From the NCBI GenBank assembly GCA_963728205.1, contig CAVSIV010000006.1, positions 928,001 to 992,000 of the forward strand: DNA of 64,000 nucleotides. Reading direction: 5' to 3'. Position numbers and translations under genes: made by a program. The stretch comes from an uncultured Chloroflexia bacterium. Lineage in GTDB: Bacteria; Chloroflexota; Dehalococcoidia; UBA2979. Below are positions 18,236 through 29,120 of this stretch, piece by piece. The notes beneath the pieces were generated by a model. It did no database searches, was not told where the DNA came from, and worked only from the letters and a program-made list of their open reading frames with translations. Each line of letters opens with the position of its first letter. Positions within the stretch are counted from its first letter, which is position 1.

Positions 18236-18952
18236 CTAGAGGTCCTTCTGGCGGAAGACCCATACCGACGCGAACACCGCGGCGGCGGTCAGCGCGGGGA
18301 ACACGAGCATCACGCGGAAGACGTCCCAGCCCGAGACGTCGCCGCGGAACGTTGCCGGCAGCGCCTCGATCACGGCGGTGGTGCTCATCCACGTCAGCCC
18401 CAGGAACTGGAGCACGACGCCCGACAGCACGACCACGAGCAGCACGGCCAGCACGGCCATCAGCACGTTGGTCATCACGGTCGACATCGAGAGCCCGAAG
18501 GCCGCGAGGAAGGTGAGCAGCGCGCCCACCATGAGGATGCCGGCCAGCACGCCGCCGAACGACGTATCGGACGCGGCGTACCGCACGACGAGGTAGGCGA
18601 ACGGGATGATCACCACGAAGTAGACGGCGACGGTGAACCCGACGCGCGCAACGATCTTCGCGGAGATGTACTCGGTGCGCGTCACCGACCGCGACATGAT
18701 CGAGTCGGCGATGATGCCCGACTCGCCGTTGATCGCGCTGCTGGAGAGCACCGCCACGGCGAGCGCCGACAGCGGCGCGAGGACGGCCGCGATGTACGCG
18801 CCCATCGTCTCCGACGCGAGCTCGTTCTGGCTCGCTGCGACGGCGACCAGGAACAGCGCGGGACCAACGAGCAGCGGGATCCAGACGCGAGCGACCCAGG
18901 AGCGGGTCAGCTGCGTGAGGTCATACCGCAGGATGGCCAGGAATGCTTGCAT
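18236..18952 (-). CDS. ABC-2 type transporter permease
   Basis: About 6 TM helices, SRSVTRTEYISAK loop. Downstream of the ABC ATPase. Confidence 0.85.
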   Translation of the reverse strand: MQAFLAILRYDLTQLTRSWVARVWIPLLVGPALFLVAVAASQNELASETMGAYIAAVLAPLSALAVAVLSSSAINGESGIIADSIMSRSVTRTEYISAKIVARVGFTVAVYFVVIIPFAYLVVRYAASDTSFGGVLAGILMVGALLTFLAAFGLSMSTVMTNVLMAVLAVLLVVVLSGVVLQFLGLTWMSTTAVIEALPATFRGDVSGWDVFRVMLVFPALTAAAVFASVWVFRQKDL

Positions 18953-19988
18953 CCGTCGTCTCCGATTCGATGGTGCCGTTTGAGCCGCCGCGCTTGGCGA
19001 TGTCCTGCGTCGCGGCCCATGCGGCGGCGCGCAGGAAGCCGCGCGTGCGGTCCTCCTCCAGGCGCCGCAGGAAGGCCTCCTCGATCTCGTCCGCGCCGGT
19101 GTTGATGTGGAGGAGCTCCACGCCGGTGCGGTCGACAAGCTGGAGGACGCGCTCGATGTACTCGGGGAGCGGCTCGGTGCCGAGGAACGTGATGCGGAAC
19201 TCGGAGCCGAGGCGCTCGTAGCGCACGGAGCCGAGCTCGTCGAGCGTCGGGATCTGCTGCTCGAACGCCGCGGTGTTGCCTTCGATCTCCACCGCGATCG
19301 TGCCCTGGCGCGCCAGCCGCCGCATCTCCGCCATCGGCCCCGAGTAGATCTGGCGGCCGCTGGAGATGATGCCGACGTCGGTGCAGACGCGCTCGACGTC
19401 GCCCAGGATGTGCGTCGCGATGATGATCGTGCGGTCCCGGCCGGAGAGCTCGCGGATCAGCTCGATGGTCTGCTTGCGGCCCGCCGGGTCGAGACCCGAC
19501 GTCGGCTCGTCGAGGATCAGCAGCTCCGGGTCGTTCATCAGCGCCGCGGCGATGCCGAGGCGCGTGAGCATGCCGGTGGAGTAGCTGCCGATGCGCTGCG
19601 AGGCGGCGTTCGTGAGGTCGACCGCCTGCAGCAGCCGCGCCAGCTGGATCTTCGCGCGGTCCCCCGGCAGCCCGAGGACGGCGCCGACGAACTGCAGGTA
19701 CGAGATCGCCGTCATGTGCTTGGGGAAGTTCGGGTTGGTCGGCAGGAAGCCGATGCGGCGCCGGATGTCGGCGCGCTCGGCCGTCATCGGCTCGCCCAGC
19801 ACCGAGACCGTGCCCGCGGTCGGCCGCTGCAGGCCGAGCAGGATGCGGAAGGTGGTGGACTTGCCGGCGCCGTTCGGACCGACGAGCCCGAACACCGAGC
19901 CCTTCTCGACGCGCAGGTTCAGCGCGTTGAGGGCGATGTAGCGGTTCTCGTAGATCTTCGTGAGGTCCGACGTGAGTACGACGTGCAT
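18921..19988 (-). CDS. ABC transporter ATP-binding protein
   Basis: GPNGAGKST, YSTGM signature, LILDEPTSGLDP, H-loop. Confidence 0.95.
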   Translation of the reverse strand: MHVVLTSDLTKIYENRYIALNALNLRVEKGSVFGLVGPNGAGKSTTFRILLGLQRPTAGTVSVLGEPMTAERADIRRRIGFLPTNPNFPKHMTAISYLQFVGAVLGLPGDRAKIQLARLLQAVDLTNAASQRIGSYSTGMLTRLGIAAALMNDPELLILDEPTSGLDPAGRKQTIELIRELSGRDRTIIIATHILGDVERVCTDVGIISSGRQIYSGPMAEMRRLARQGTIAVEIEGNTAAFEQQIPTLDELGSVRYERLGSEFRITFLGTEPLPEYIERVLQLVDRTGVELLHINTGADEIEEAFLRRLEEDRTRGFLRAAAWAATQDIAKRGGSNGTIESETTDASIPGHPAV

Positions 19989-20231
19989 CGTGGGCACCTC
20001 CTGGGGGTCGCCCGCTTCCATGCGCGACGGCCGGCCCGGCGTCCCGCCCGGATCGACTAGCGGTGAGCGGGCATCATATCCGGCGCCCCCAAGACACGAA
20101 AGGCGGGGTTCCCCCGATTCCGGTGCGCGCCGCCGTGCCGCCGCCGGCGAACGGCCCGCGTCAGCGCGCTGAGCGGTCGCGCATGGCGGAGTGCCTCGTC
20201 GCCGGCGCCGGCGACGCCGCCCCGCACCCGC

Positions 20232-20657
20232 CTACGGCAACACCACGACCGCGTGCCCGGGACACGTCGCCTCGCCCGCCTGGTTGAACACATTCACGTC
20301 CAGGTAGACCCGACGCTCGCCCTCCTCCTCGCGCTTGTCGGTGACCGTCCCGCGCACCGTCAGCACGTCGTGCTTCTGGTTGATCGCGCGGTACTGGCAG
20401 CCCACCTCGCGGATCTCGGCCTCGTCGCCAATCCAGTCCTGCAGCGCGTTCACGATGTACGCGTAGCGCAGGTTCCCCATGCCGAACGCCCCTTGCTCGT
20501 TGAGCGCGGCGCGGCCGGCCTCGTCGTCCATGTGGATGTAAACGAACTCGTCGTTCACCGCGGCGTAGCGGTTCCAGTTCATGAAGTCGGTCTCGCGCGA
20601 CCACTCGGGCAGCGCGTCGCCGACGGTGACGGCGTCGAAGGTGACGTTCGTGGACAT
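20232..20657 (-). CDS. MaoC-family dehydratase (catalytic-type subunit)
   Basis: YAAVNDEFVYIHMD hydratase motif; hot-dog fold pattern. Confidence 0.85.
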   Translation of the reverse strand: MSTNVTFDAVTVGDALPEWSRETDFMNWNRYAAVNDEFVYIHMDDEAGRAALNEQGAFGMGNLRYAYIVNALQDWIGDEAEIREVGCQYRAINQKHDVLTVRGTVTDKREEEGERRVYLDVNVFNQAGEATCPGHAVVVLP

Positions 20658-20698
20658 CGGTGACCTCCTGAGGCGCGACGCTGCGCGCCACTGCGCGA

Positions 20699-21196
20699 CT
20701 AGTAGCGGATGCCGGTCTGCACGCGGCGCTTCGCGAGCTCGCCGCGCTGGTTGCGCCACTCCGTCTCGTTGCGCGAGAAGAGCGTCAGGCCGAGCCGCGT
20801 CTCGCGCTCGTCCCAGTCCATCAACCGGCTGCGCGCGGTGACCACGTCGCCGGGCCGCATCGGCGCGCCGTAGGTGTCGACCTGCCCGCCGTTCATCCCG
20901 CGCGTGCCCGGACCGCCGCCCCGCGGCGTCGCGCGCTCCGGCCGGATCTCACGCTCGACCGGCCACGCGAACGGGTTGAAATCGCGCGGCGCGATGATGC
21001 CGCCCCAGCGTGTCGACGCCGCGTACTCGGCGTCCCAGTAGATCCGCGACGGTCGCTCCGGCCAGTACACCGCGATCGCCCACTTGCGGATGTCCGACTC
21101 GCTGATGGGCGGCGCCACGCGCTCCGGTCCCCACACGCCCTTCTGCTGCAGCATGTCGTCGGTGACGAGCGTCTGCGGTTGTGACTCCGTCGTCAC
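20699..21196 (-). CDS. MaoC dehydratase N-terminal/FAS1-like domain protein
   Basis: DIRKWAIAV...IYWD...WGGIIAP...MNGG...PGDVV. Confidence 0.85.
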   Translation of the reverse strand: MTTESQPQTLVTDDMLQQKGVWGPERVAPPISESDIRKWAIAVYWPERPSRIYWDAEYAASTRWGGIIAPRDFNPFAWPVEREIRPERATPRGGGPGTRGMNGGQVDTYGAPMRPGDVVTARSRLMDWDERETRLGLTLFSRNETEWRNQRGELAKRRVQTGIRY

Positions 21197-21335
21197 GGCT
21201 GTCCCCCTCCACACGAACGTGATGACGCGCAGATGGTACGGCGCGGGGGGAAGCGCCTGCGCCGTCGATGGCAGGCGCCCGCACAGGCGCCCGCTACGAC
21301 TCGTGCCCGTAACGTGCGACACCTATAGTGCGGCC

Positions 21336-22010
21336 ATGCAGCGAGTGCTGATGCTCTCGGACGACGTGGCGAACGCGGCGGCCGCCGCCTCCGCGCTGCG
21401 CCAGGACGGCCGCGACGTCCGCGTGGAGACCAGCCCCGAGCGCTTCCTCCTCGCCGCGCGCGAATGGCGCCCCGCCGTCGCCCTCGTCGACCTCGAGATC
21501 GGCCTCACGCCCGGCGGCCTCGCCGCGCTGCTCCGCGACCCCGTGCTGTCCGAGGACGTCGGCATCGTCGCGATCGCGCTCCAGCCGCGCCTCGAGCTCG
21601 TCGGTCCCGGCGTGCAGATCGACGACTTCATCATGCCGCCGCTCGACGAGTCCGAGCTGCGCACGCGCGTCGCGCGGGTGCTGTGGCGCCGCACCGGCAC
21701 GGACGACGGCCACGTCCTCCGCGAGGGTGCGCTGACGATCGACCTCGAGCGCTACAAGGTGACAATCGACGGCGACGCCGTGGACCTCACCTACAAGGAG
21801 TACGAGCTGCTCCGCTTCCTCGCGACGAACCCCGGGAAGCCGTTCACGCGCGAAGCGCTGCTGAACCGCGTGTGGGGCTACGACTACTACGGGGGCTCGC
21901 GCACGGTCGACGTTCACATCCGTCGCATCCGCGCCAAGATCGAGCGGCAGCAGCAGTACGTCGAGACCGTGCGCAACGTCGGCTACCGCTTCATCGAGCG
22001 CACGCGCTAG
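21336..22010 (+). CDS. OmpR-family response regulator, GlnR-like
   Basis: DLTYKEYELLRFLA...VWGYDYYGGSRTVDVHIRRIRAK closely resembles the actinobacterial GlnR wHTH. Atypical receiver; near glnA genes. Confidence 0.8.
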   Translation: MQRVLMLSDDVANAAAAASALRQDGRDVRVETSPERFLLAAREWRPAVALVDLEIGLTPGGLAALLRDPVLSEDVGIVAIALQPRLELVGPGVQIDDFIMPPLDESELRTRVARVLWRRTGTDDGHVLREGALTIDLERYKVTIDGDAVDLTYKEYELLRFLATNPGKPFTREALLNRVWGYDYYGGSRTVDVHIRRIRAKIERQQQYVETVRNVGYRFIERTR

Positions 22011-22016
22011 TCGCCG

Positions 22017-23108
22017 CTATCGTCCCGTCGCGAGCTGCTGCCAGGCGCTCAGCGCCGGTCGCGCCGTCCCATCCTGCGTGCTCAGTCCCATGGCAGCGCC
22101 CGGCGCCGCCGCCGACGCATCGTCGTACGCCGACGGCCACATCACGAAGCGCGGGGTGACGCCATGGAGCAGCGCCGGGAGGCGTTGAACGAACGCGGCC
22201 TGTTGCTCGGGCGTAGCGCCCGCGGTCACGCCGCCACCCGCCGCGGCGGGCCAGCCGATCGAGGCAAACGCGACCGGTCGCCCCGCAACATGATCGAGCG
22301 CGTCCGCGTAGTAGGTCGCGGGGATGTCGCCCGGCGACGCATAGTCGAGCGCCGGGTCGCTCGTGAACGCAACGAGGTCGAGCAACGGCGCGACCTGCTC
22401 GAGCAGCACCCAGTGCGACGGTCGCTGATCGCCCGCGACCGTACGGCCGCCGCGCAACGCCTCGTACTGGAACGTCGCGTAGACGACCGTCTGCGGCGAC
22501 ACCCGGTGGATCGCGGCGACGATGGAAGGAACCGATTCGACGAACCCGTCGTACGCCTCGTGGTCCTCGGCCCAGAGCAGGTTCACGTCATCGCCGATGC
22601 CGAGGTACGGCGGCTGCGTCGCCTTCGCGAGCGCGACGAGCGCCTGCAAGTACGAACCGACCGCGCCGGGCAGGCGGAAGTCGAGCGACGGCCTGTAGCC
22701 CGCGCCCGCGCCCTGGTCGAATCCGATCGAGAGCAGGGCGTGGAACCCGTGCTGCTGCGCGGTCTGGAGCTGCTGCGCGGCCGCGTCGGGGATCCCGGCG
22801 GGCGGCTGGTATGTGAAGGGGGCGCCGAGCCAGCCGCCGAGCGCCGGCACCGCCGCGTACAGCGTCTGCCAGTCCGCGCTCGTCGGCGCCGCGGCGTGCG
22901 GCGGCACCGGCGCGGCGATGCCATACTCCGCCGGCGCCGGCGCCGGCGCCAGGGTGGCGCTGGCGGTCGGCGCAACGAGGGTAGCGGGCTGGCCGCTGGC
23001 GGTTGCCGTCGCCACGCCACCGCCGGTCCCGCCGCTCGAACACGCGGCCGCCGCGGCCGCGAGGAGCAGGAGCACGAGCGGCGCGGGGATCGCGCGACGA
23101 GGCGTCAT
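22017..23108 (-). CDS. Lipoprotein with glycoside-hydrolase-like TIM barrel
   Basis: Lipobox LAAAAAAC, Ala/Pro/Thr linker, YLGIGDDVN, PVAFASIGW, TPEQQAAF motifs. Confidence 0.65.
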   Translation of the reverse strand: MTPRRAIPAPLVLLLLAAAAAACSSGGTGGGVATATASGQPATLVAPTASATLAPAPAPAEYGIAAPVPPHAAAPTSADWQTLYAAVPALGGWLGAPFTYQPPAGIPDAAAQQLQTAQQHGFHALLSIGFDQGAGAGYRPSLDFRLPGAVGSYLQALVALAKATQPPYLGIGDDVNLLWAEDHEAYDGFVESVPSIVAAIHRVSPQTVVYATFQYEALRGGRTVAGDQRPSHWVLLEQVAPLLDLVAFTSDPALDYASPGDIPATYYADALDHVAGRPVAFASIGWPAAAGGGVTAGATPEQQAAFVQRLPALLHGVTPRFVMWPSAYDDASAAAPGAAMGLSTQDGTARPALSAWQQLATGR

Positions 23109-23167
23109 CCCTTCTACGGTAGCCCCCCGGCGCACCCTCCCCCGGCCGCGCGCCCGCGGCCCTCGCG

Positions 23168-23488
23168 CTACGCCGCCTCGTCGCCGGCGAACCGGTAGCC
23201 GACGCGCGGCACCGTGTCGATGTAGGTCGCCGCGCGGTCGCCGAGCTTGGAGCGCAGCCGCGACAGCACGACCGCGAGCCGCCGGCGGCTGCGCACCGTG
23301 GCCTGCCCCCAGAGCGCCTCGGCCAGCCGGTCGTAGGTCGCGATGCGGCCGTCGAGCGCGGCGATGTGCCACAGCGCGTTGAACTCCAGGTACGTGAGAC
23401 GCACCTCGCTGCCGGACAGCGTCACGCGGTATCGCTCGCGGTCGATGCGGAGAGCACCCGCCTCGATCACATCGCCCACTCGTGTCAC
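23168..23488 (-). CDS. Stand-alone OmpR-type winged-helix DNA-binding domain protein
   Basis: LRIDRERYRV...LTYLEFNAL...LSRLRSKL...IDTVPRVGYRF. No receiver domain; start uncertain. Confidence 0.8.
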   Translation of the reverse strand: MTRVGDVIEAGALRIDRERYRVTLSGSEVRLTYLEFNALWHIAALDGRIATYDRLAEALWGQATVRSRRRLAVVLSRLRSKLGDRAATYIDTVPRVGYRFAGDEAA

Positions 23489-23580
23489 TCGTGGCGACTC
23501 CCGTCCTGCGCGCCGGGCCGGCGGCCCGAGTGACCGACCCCGCCGCTGCGTTCGGCGCGGGATCAACCTATCGGGGCCGC

Positions 23581-23640
23581 GTTTCACCGCGAGGTCGCCC
23601 CTGTAACGACTCGATGTCGCGCGCATTTCGTTTCGGTTTC
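23581..23640 (-). promoter_or_regulatory. Array of GlnR-like half-sites with 11-bp periodicity
   Basis: Minus strand reads GAAAC-n6-GAAAT-n6-GACAT-n6-GTTAC-n6-GACCT-n6-GAAAC, between the wHTH gene and the glnA-like gene. Confidence 0.55.
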
Positions 23641-23742
23641 CCCGCGGCGCGGCGGTCACCGCGCTTGCAGCGGCCTGTGCACCGCGTCACGATGTCGCGG
23701 CACCAGCGTCCCCGCGGGCGCCGGGCACGGAGAGGGGATCAC

Positions 23743-25152
23743 GTGGCGACACTGCAGGAGGTGCGACAGCTGGCAGAGTCGCGCGGCGCGCGCCGGCTCG
23801 ACCTCCGCGCGAGCGACTTCACCGGACGCTGGCTGCGCGTCTCGGTGCCGCTGGACCGCCTCGGCCCCGAGCTCGTCGATCACGGCGTGGGGTGCGACCG
23901 CGGTGCGCTCGAGGGCAGCGACGCGCGGGGCCCCGAGCTCATGCTCGTGCCCGATCTCGATACCGCCGCCGTCGACCCCGTCGCCGCGCAACCCACGCTC
24001 AGCCTCGTCTGCCGCATCGTCGACCCGGTCACGCACGGCCGTTACGCGCGCGACCCGCGGCACGTTGCCGAGCGCGCCGAGGAGCACCTGCGCGCGTCGG
24101 GCGTCGCCGACCGCGCCGTCTTCGCCGCGCCCCTGCAGTTCTTCCTCTTCGACGACGTCCGTTACCAGCAGGCCGCGCACACCGGCTTCTACTTCGTCGA
24201 CTCCGCCGAGGGCGCGTGGAACTCCGGACGCGACGAGGCGCCGAACCTCGCGACGACGACCCCGGAGGGTCGTGGCTATCAGCAGGGCCCGCCGTTCGAC
24301 ACGCTCGCGGAGGTGCGCTGGGCCGTCGTGGAAGCGCTCGGCGCGATCGGCGCGCAGGTGATGTCGGCGCGCCACGAGGCCGCCGCCGCGGGGCAGTCCG
24401 AGGTCGCGCTCGGCCACGGCCCGCTCGTGCGCAAGGGCGACGAGACGCAGTGGGCGCGCCACATCGTCCGCAACGTGGCGCGGGCGAACGGGCGCGTGGC
24501 GACGTTCATGCCGAAGCCGCTGCACGGCCAGGCGGGCTCCGGCATGCCCGCGCACCAGTCGCTGTGGCGTGGCGATACGCCGACGTTCTTCGACAGCAAC
24601 GGCTACGCGGGCCTCTCGCAGCTCGCGCGGTACTACATCGGCGGGCTGCTCCAGCACGCGCCGGCGCTGCTCGCGTTCTGCGCGCCGACGACGAACTCCT
24701 ACCGCCGCCTGATGGCCGAGGAGTCGCCGGTGCACCTCACCTACTCGGTGCGCAGTCCCTCGGCGATCGTGCGCGTGCCCTCGCTGCCGCCGACTCCGGC
24801 CGGGACGCGCGTCGAGTTCCGGCCGCCCGACGGCACGGCGAACCCCTACCTCGCGTTCGCGGCCATGCTGATGGCCGGGCTCGACGGCATCCAGTCACGC
24901 ATCGAGCCGGGCGACCCGCTCGACAAGCATGTCGACGAGCTGTCGGCGACGGAGCTGGCGCGCGTGCAGACGCTGCCGACGTCGCTCGACGCCGCGCTCG
25001 ACGCGCTCGCCGCGGACCAGGCGTTCCTGCGCAAGGGCGACGTCTTCTCGCCGGAAGTGATTGATGGCTGGATCGCGCTGAAGCGCGACGAGGCCGCGGC
25101 GGTGCGCGCGCGGCCGACGCCGTACGAGTACGAGCTCTACTTCACGGGGTAG
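23743..25152 (+). CDS. Type I glutamine synthetase-like protein with degenerate active site
   Basis: GSI-beta-like scaffold ([40 protein letters not shown]), but several catalytic residues are substituted. Confidence 0.85.
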   Translation: MATLQEVRQLAESRGARRLDLRASDFTGRWLRVSVPLDRLGPELVDHGVGCDRGALEGSDARGPELMLVPDLDTAAVDPVAAQPTLSLVCRIVDPVTHGRYARDPRHVAERAEEHLRASGVADRAVFAAPLQFFLFDDVRYQQAAHTGFYFVDSAEGAWNSGRDEAPNLATTTPEGRGYQQGPPFDTLAEVRWAVVEALGAIGAQVMSARHEAAAAGQSEVALGHGPLVRKGDETQWARHIVRNVARANGRVATFMPKPLHGQAGSGMPAHQSLWRGDTPTFFDSNGYAGLSQLARYYIGGLLQHAPALLAFCAPTTNSYRRLMAEESPVHLTYSVRSPSAIVRVPSLPPTPAGTRVEFRPPDGTANPYLAFAAMLMAGLDGIQSRIEPGDPLDKHVDELSATELARVQTLPTSLDAALDALAADQAFLRKGDVFSPEVIDGWIALKRDEAAAVRARPTPYEYELYFTG

Positions 25153-25622
25153 CGCCGGGGACCGCCGGCCCGGAGCCCCAGCCGTCCGCCGTCCGCCCGT
25201 CCGCCCGTCCCACGAGCGCGCCGATTTCGCCTGCCGCGGGGCGGCCCTATTCTGGGCGCAGCGCAGTGGGGCCTGGAAGGCAGCGGCGGGACACCCGCCG
25301 CTCTGACCGCGCGGAACCGGCACCAATCCCGGCATCCGACCTCGAGCCTCACTCGTCACGCGGCGACCCGGCACCCGCCGCGTGCTCGAAGGTTCGAAGG
25401 GAGGACCACGTTGCCGGGCAAGCCGGTTCGACCCGCGCCGACGGCGCGGCTGGCCGCACGCACCCTCGCGCCCGCACCTCCGAGCCGCCCCGCGTGGGCG
25501 ACCGCCGCGGCGCGACCACCAAATCTTCGCCACCGCTCGCCTGGGACGCGCCCGGCATAACCGGCCGCGCCCGCCTACCCGTCGGAGACGGCCGGCTTCT
25601 GCGCCGGCAGGGGAGTGGTGAG

Positions 25623-27696
25623 ATGTCCACCTACGCACTGGTCGTAGCCTGCGGCCTGCTCGGGCTCGGCTTCGGCACCGTGACCGGCGCCAGCGTGCTG
25701 GCCGCCAGCCCCGGCTCGCCGCGCATGATCGAGATCGCGCGCGCGATCCAGGAGGGCGCCGGCGCCTACCTCAACCGCCAGTACCGCACGATCGCGATGG
25801 TCGGCGTGCTCGTCGCCGCGCTGCTCGCCTGGCAGCTGGGCTGGCACGTCGCGATCGGGTTCCTGCTCGGCGCGACCCTCTCGGGTCTCGCCGGCTACAT
25901 CGGCATGAACGTGTCCGTGCGCGCGAACGTCCGCACCGCGGACGCGGCGTCGCGGGGGCTCGCCCCGGCGCTGCGGCTCTCCTTCCGCGCGGGCGCGGTC
26001 ACCGGGCTGCTCGTGGTGAGCGTCGGCCTGCTCGGGCTCATCGGCTACTACCTCGCGCTGCGGGCCTCCTTCCAGGACATCACCCCGGTGATGGAGGGGC
26101 TCGTCGGGCTGAGCTTCGGCGGCTCGCTGATCTCGATCTTCGCGCGCCTGGGCGGCGGCATCTTCACCAAGGGCGCCGACGTCGGCGCCGACCTCGTCGG
26201 CAAGATCGAGGCCGGCATCCCCGAGGACGACCCCCGCAACCCCGCCGTGATCGCGAAACGTCGGCGACAACGTCGGCGACTGCGCCGGCATGGCCGCGGA
26301 CCTCTTCGAGACGTACACCGTCAGCCTCGTCGCGACGATGCTGCTCGCCGCGCTGCAGTTCGCGCAGCCGCTGCGCGACCGCATGCTCACGCTACCGCTC
26401 CTGCTTGCGGGGCTGTGCATCGTCGCGTCGATCGCCGGGGTCTTCTTCGTGCGGCTCGGGCGCTCGCAGTCGATCATGCGCGCGCTCTACGCCGGCCTGA
26501 TCGCGACCGTGGCGATCTCGGCCGTCGCGGCGGCGTGGGCAATCCACTGGGCCGTCGGGTTCCGCGCGTCGATCGCCATCGCCGGCGCGACGTACCACGG
26601 CTGGAACCTCTACGTGTGCTGCCTCGTCGGCTTCGCCACGACCGGGCTGCTCGTCGTGATCACCGAGTACTACACCGCGACCGCTTACCGCCCGGTGCGC
26701 TCGGTCGCCGCGGCGTCGATCAGCGGGCACGCGACCAACGTGATCCACGGCCTCGCCGTCTCGCTCGAGGCGACCGCGCTGCCCGTGATCGTGATCTGCG
26801 CCGCGATCGTGACGGCCGACATCAACGGTGGGCTCTTCGGCGTATCACTCGCGGCGACGACCATGCTCGCGCTCGCGGGCATGATCATCGCCCTCGACGC
26901 CTACGGCCCGGTCACGGACAACGCCGGCGGCATCGCCGAGATGGCGGGGCTGCCGTCCGCGGTCCGCGAGGTGACCGACGCGCTCGACGCGGTCGGCAAC
27001 ACGACGAAGGCGGTGACGAAGGGATATGCGATCGGCTCCGCGGCACTCGCCGCGCTCGTGCTGTTCTCGGCGTACACCGAGGACCTGCGCCGCTACTTCC
27101 CGCGCGTCGACGTCGGGTTCGCGCTGCAGGACCCCTACGTCGTGGTCGGGCTGTTCATCGGCGGCCTGCTGCCGTACGTCTTCGCGTCGCTCGGGATGGT
27201 GTCGGTTGGGCGTGCGGCCGGGAAGGTGGTGTCCGAGGTGCGCCGCCAGTTCCGCGACATCCCCGGGATCATGGACGGCAGCGCGCGTCCCGAGTACGGA
27301 GCCGCGGTGGACCTCCTGACGCGCGCGGCGATCCGCGAGATGGTGCTGCCGTCGCTTCTGCCGGTCGCTGCGCCGGTATTGCTCTACTTCGTCGTCTGGC
27401 TCGTGCAGGGGCAGGCCACGGCGTTCACCACGCTCGGGGCCATGCTGCTGGGGACCATCGTGACCGGGCTCTTCCTCGCGCTGTCGATGACCTCCGGCGG
27501 GGCCGCGTGGGACAACGCGAAGAAGTACATCGAGAGCGGCGCGTTCGGGGGCAAGGGCTCAGAGGCACACCTCGCGGCGATCACCGGCGACACCGTCGGC
27601 GATCCCTACAAGGACACCGCCGGGCCGGCGGTGAACCCGATGATCAAGATCGTGAACATCGTCGCGCTGCTGCTGCTCGCCATGCTGGCGCACTGA
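25623..27696 (+). CDS. hppA: Membrane H+-translocating pyrophosphatase, K+-independent type (frameshift near 26256)
   Basis: [35 protein letters not shown], then NVGDNVGD in another frame. [31 protein letters not shown]. Confidence 0.92.
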
Positions 27697-27749
27697 GCCG
27701 CCGGCCGCTGCCTCGGACCCGAAGGCCGCGCGCCCGCGCCGAGCGCGCG

Positions 27750-29081
27750 CTACAGGCCGAGGTAGCGGTCGATCTCGTACTGGCTGACCTGCGATCGGTA
27801 CTGCATCCACTCGAGCCGCTTGTTCGCGACGAGCGTCGCCCACACGTGCTCGCCCATCGTCTCGCGCATCAGCGTCGACGCCTCGAACTGCGCCGTCGCC
27901 TCCGCGAGCGACACCGGCAGCGCGACCACCCCGCGCGCCGCGAGCTCCCCGGCTGGCATCTCCGACACGCTGCGTTCGAGCGGCTCGGGGAGTGGATAGG
28001 CGCCGTCGATGCCCGCCATGCCGGCCGCGAGGACACCGGCGAACGCGAGGTACGGGTTGCACGCCGAGTCCGGCACCCGGTACTCGATGCGCGTCGACTC
28101 CACCTCGAGGTCCGTGCGCCGGTCCGGCACGCGCACGAGGTCGGCGCGGTTGCGGGTCGACCACGTCGCATGCGTCGGCGCCTCGTAGCCCGGCACGAGC
28201 CGCTTGTACGAGTTCACCCACTGGTTGGTGACGAGCATCAGCTCAGGCGCGTGCCGCAGCAGCCCCGCCATGTAGTGCTTCGCCGCACCCGAGATGTGCA
28301 GCCACTCTCCGGCCTCGTAGAAGGCGTTGCTCTCGCCGCGGAACAGCGACTGCTGCAGGTGCATCGCCGAGCCGTTCTGGTCGGCGAGCGGCTTTGGCAT
28401 GAACGTCGCGTGGACGCCGTGGCGGATCGCCACCTCCTTCACGACGAGCCGGAACGTCATGACCGCGTCGGCCATGGTCAGCGCGTCCGCGTAGCCGAGG
28501 TCGATCTCCTGCTGGCTCGGCGCCGCCTCGTGGTGGCTCTCCGCGACGCCGATGCCGAGGTCCTCGAGCGTGAGCACGGTCTCGCGACGAATGTCGGACG
28601 CGCCGTCCGCCGCGGTCATGTCGAAGTAGCCGCCGCCGTCGAGCGGCTCGGTCCCCTTCGCGTCTTTGAAGTAGAAGTACTCGACCTCGGGGGAGACGTA
28701 GAAGGTGTAGCCGGACTCCGCCGCGCGGGCCAGCGTGCGCTTCAGCACCTGGCGCGGGTCGCCCTCGAACGGCTCCCCGTTCGGCGACCAGATGTCGCAG
28801 AACATGCGGGCCTCGGCCTGCCCCCGCGGGCGCCAGGGCAGCAGCTGGAACGTCGCGGGGTCCGGCATCGCGATCATGTCGGCCTCGTCGTGGCGGGCGA
28901 AGCCCTCGATGGCCGAGCCGTCGAAGACGATGCCGTCGTCGAGCGCGTGATCGAGCTCCCCGGTCGTGATGGCGACCGACTTGAGTTGCCCGAGGATGTC
29001 CGTGAACCACAGCCGGATGAACTTCACGTCGTGGTCGCGGCACGCCTGCAGGACGTGCTGGCGAGAGTCGAGATCGTTCAT
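27750..29081 (-). CDS. glnA: Glutamine synthetase type I (alpha-like), catalytic motifs intact
   Basis: [67 protein letters not shown]. Confidence 0.88.
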   Translation of the reverse strand: MNDLDSRQHVLQACRDHDVKFIRLWFTDILGQLKSVAITTGELDHALDDGIVFDGSAIEGFARHDEADMIAMPDPATFQLLPWRPRGQAEARMFCDIWSPNGEPFEGDPRQVLKRTLARAAESGYTFYVSPEVEYFYFKDAKGTEPLDGGGYFDMTAADGASDIRRETVLTLEDLGIGVAESHHEAAPSQQEIDLGYADALTMADAVMTFRLVVKEVAIRHGVHATFMPKPLADQNGSAMHLQQSLFRGESNAFYEAGEWLHISGAAKHYMAGLLRHAPELMLVTNQWVNSYKRLVPGYEAPTHATWSTRNRADLVRVPDRRTDLEVESTRIEYRVPDSACNPYLAFAGVLAAGMAGIDGAYPLPEPLERSVSEMPAGELAARGVVALPVSLAEATAQFEASTLMRETMGEHVWATLVANKRLEWMQYRSQVSQYEIDRYLGL

Positions 29082-29104
29082 GGCACGAGAGTAGCGTGAT
29101 CGGT

Positions 29105-29120
29105 GTTTCAGCCGCATGTC
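29105..29120 (-). promoter_or_regulatory. GlnR-like box upstream of glnA
   Basis: Minus strand GACAT-n6-GAAAC, about 24 bp before the ATG. Confidence 0.45.

Noticed and set aside
25266-29099. 1277-aa ORF
   Set aside because: Chimera of the hppA N-terminus, out-of-frame hppA after the frameshift, and antisense glnA.
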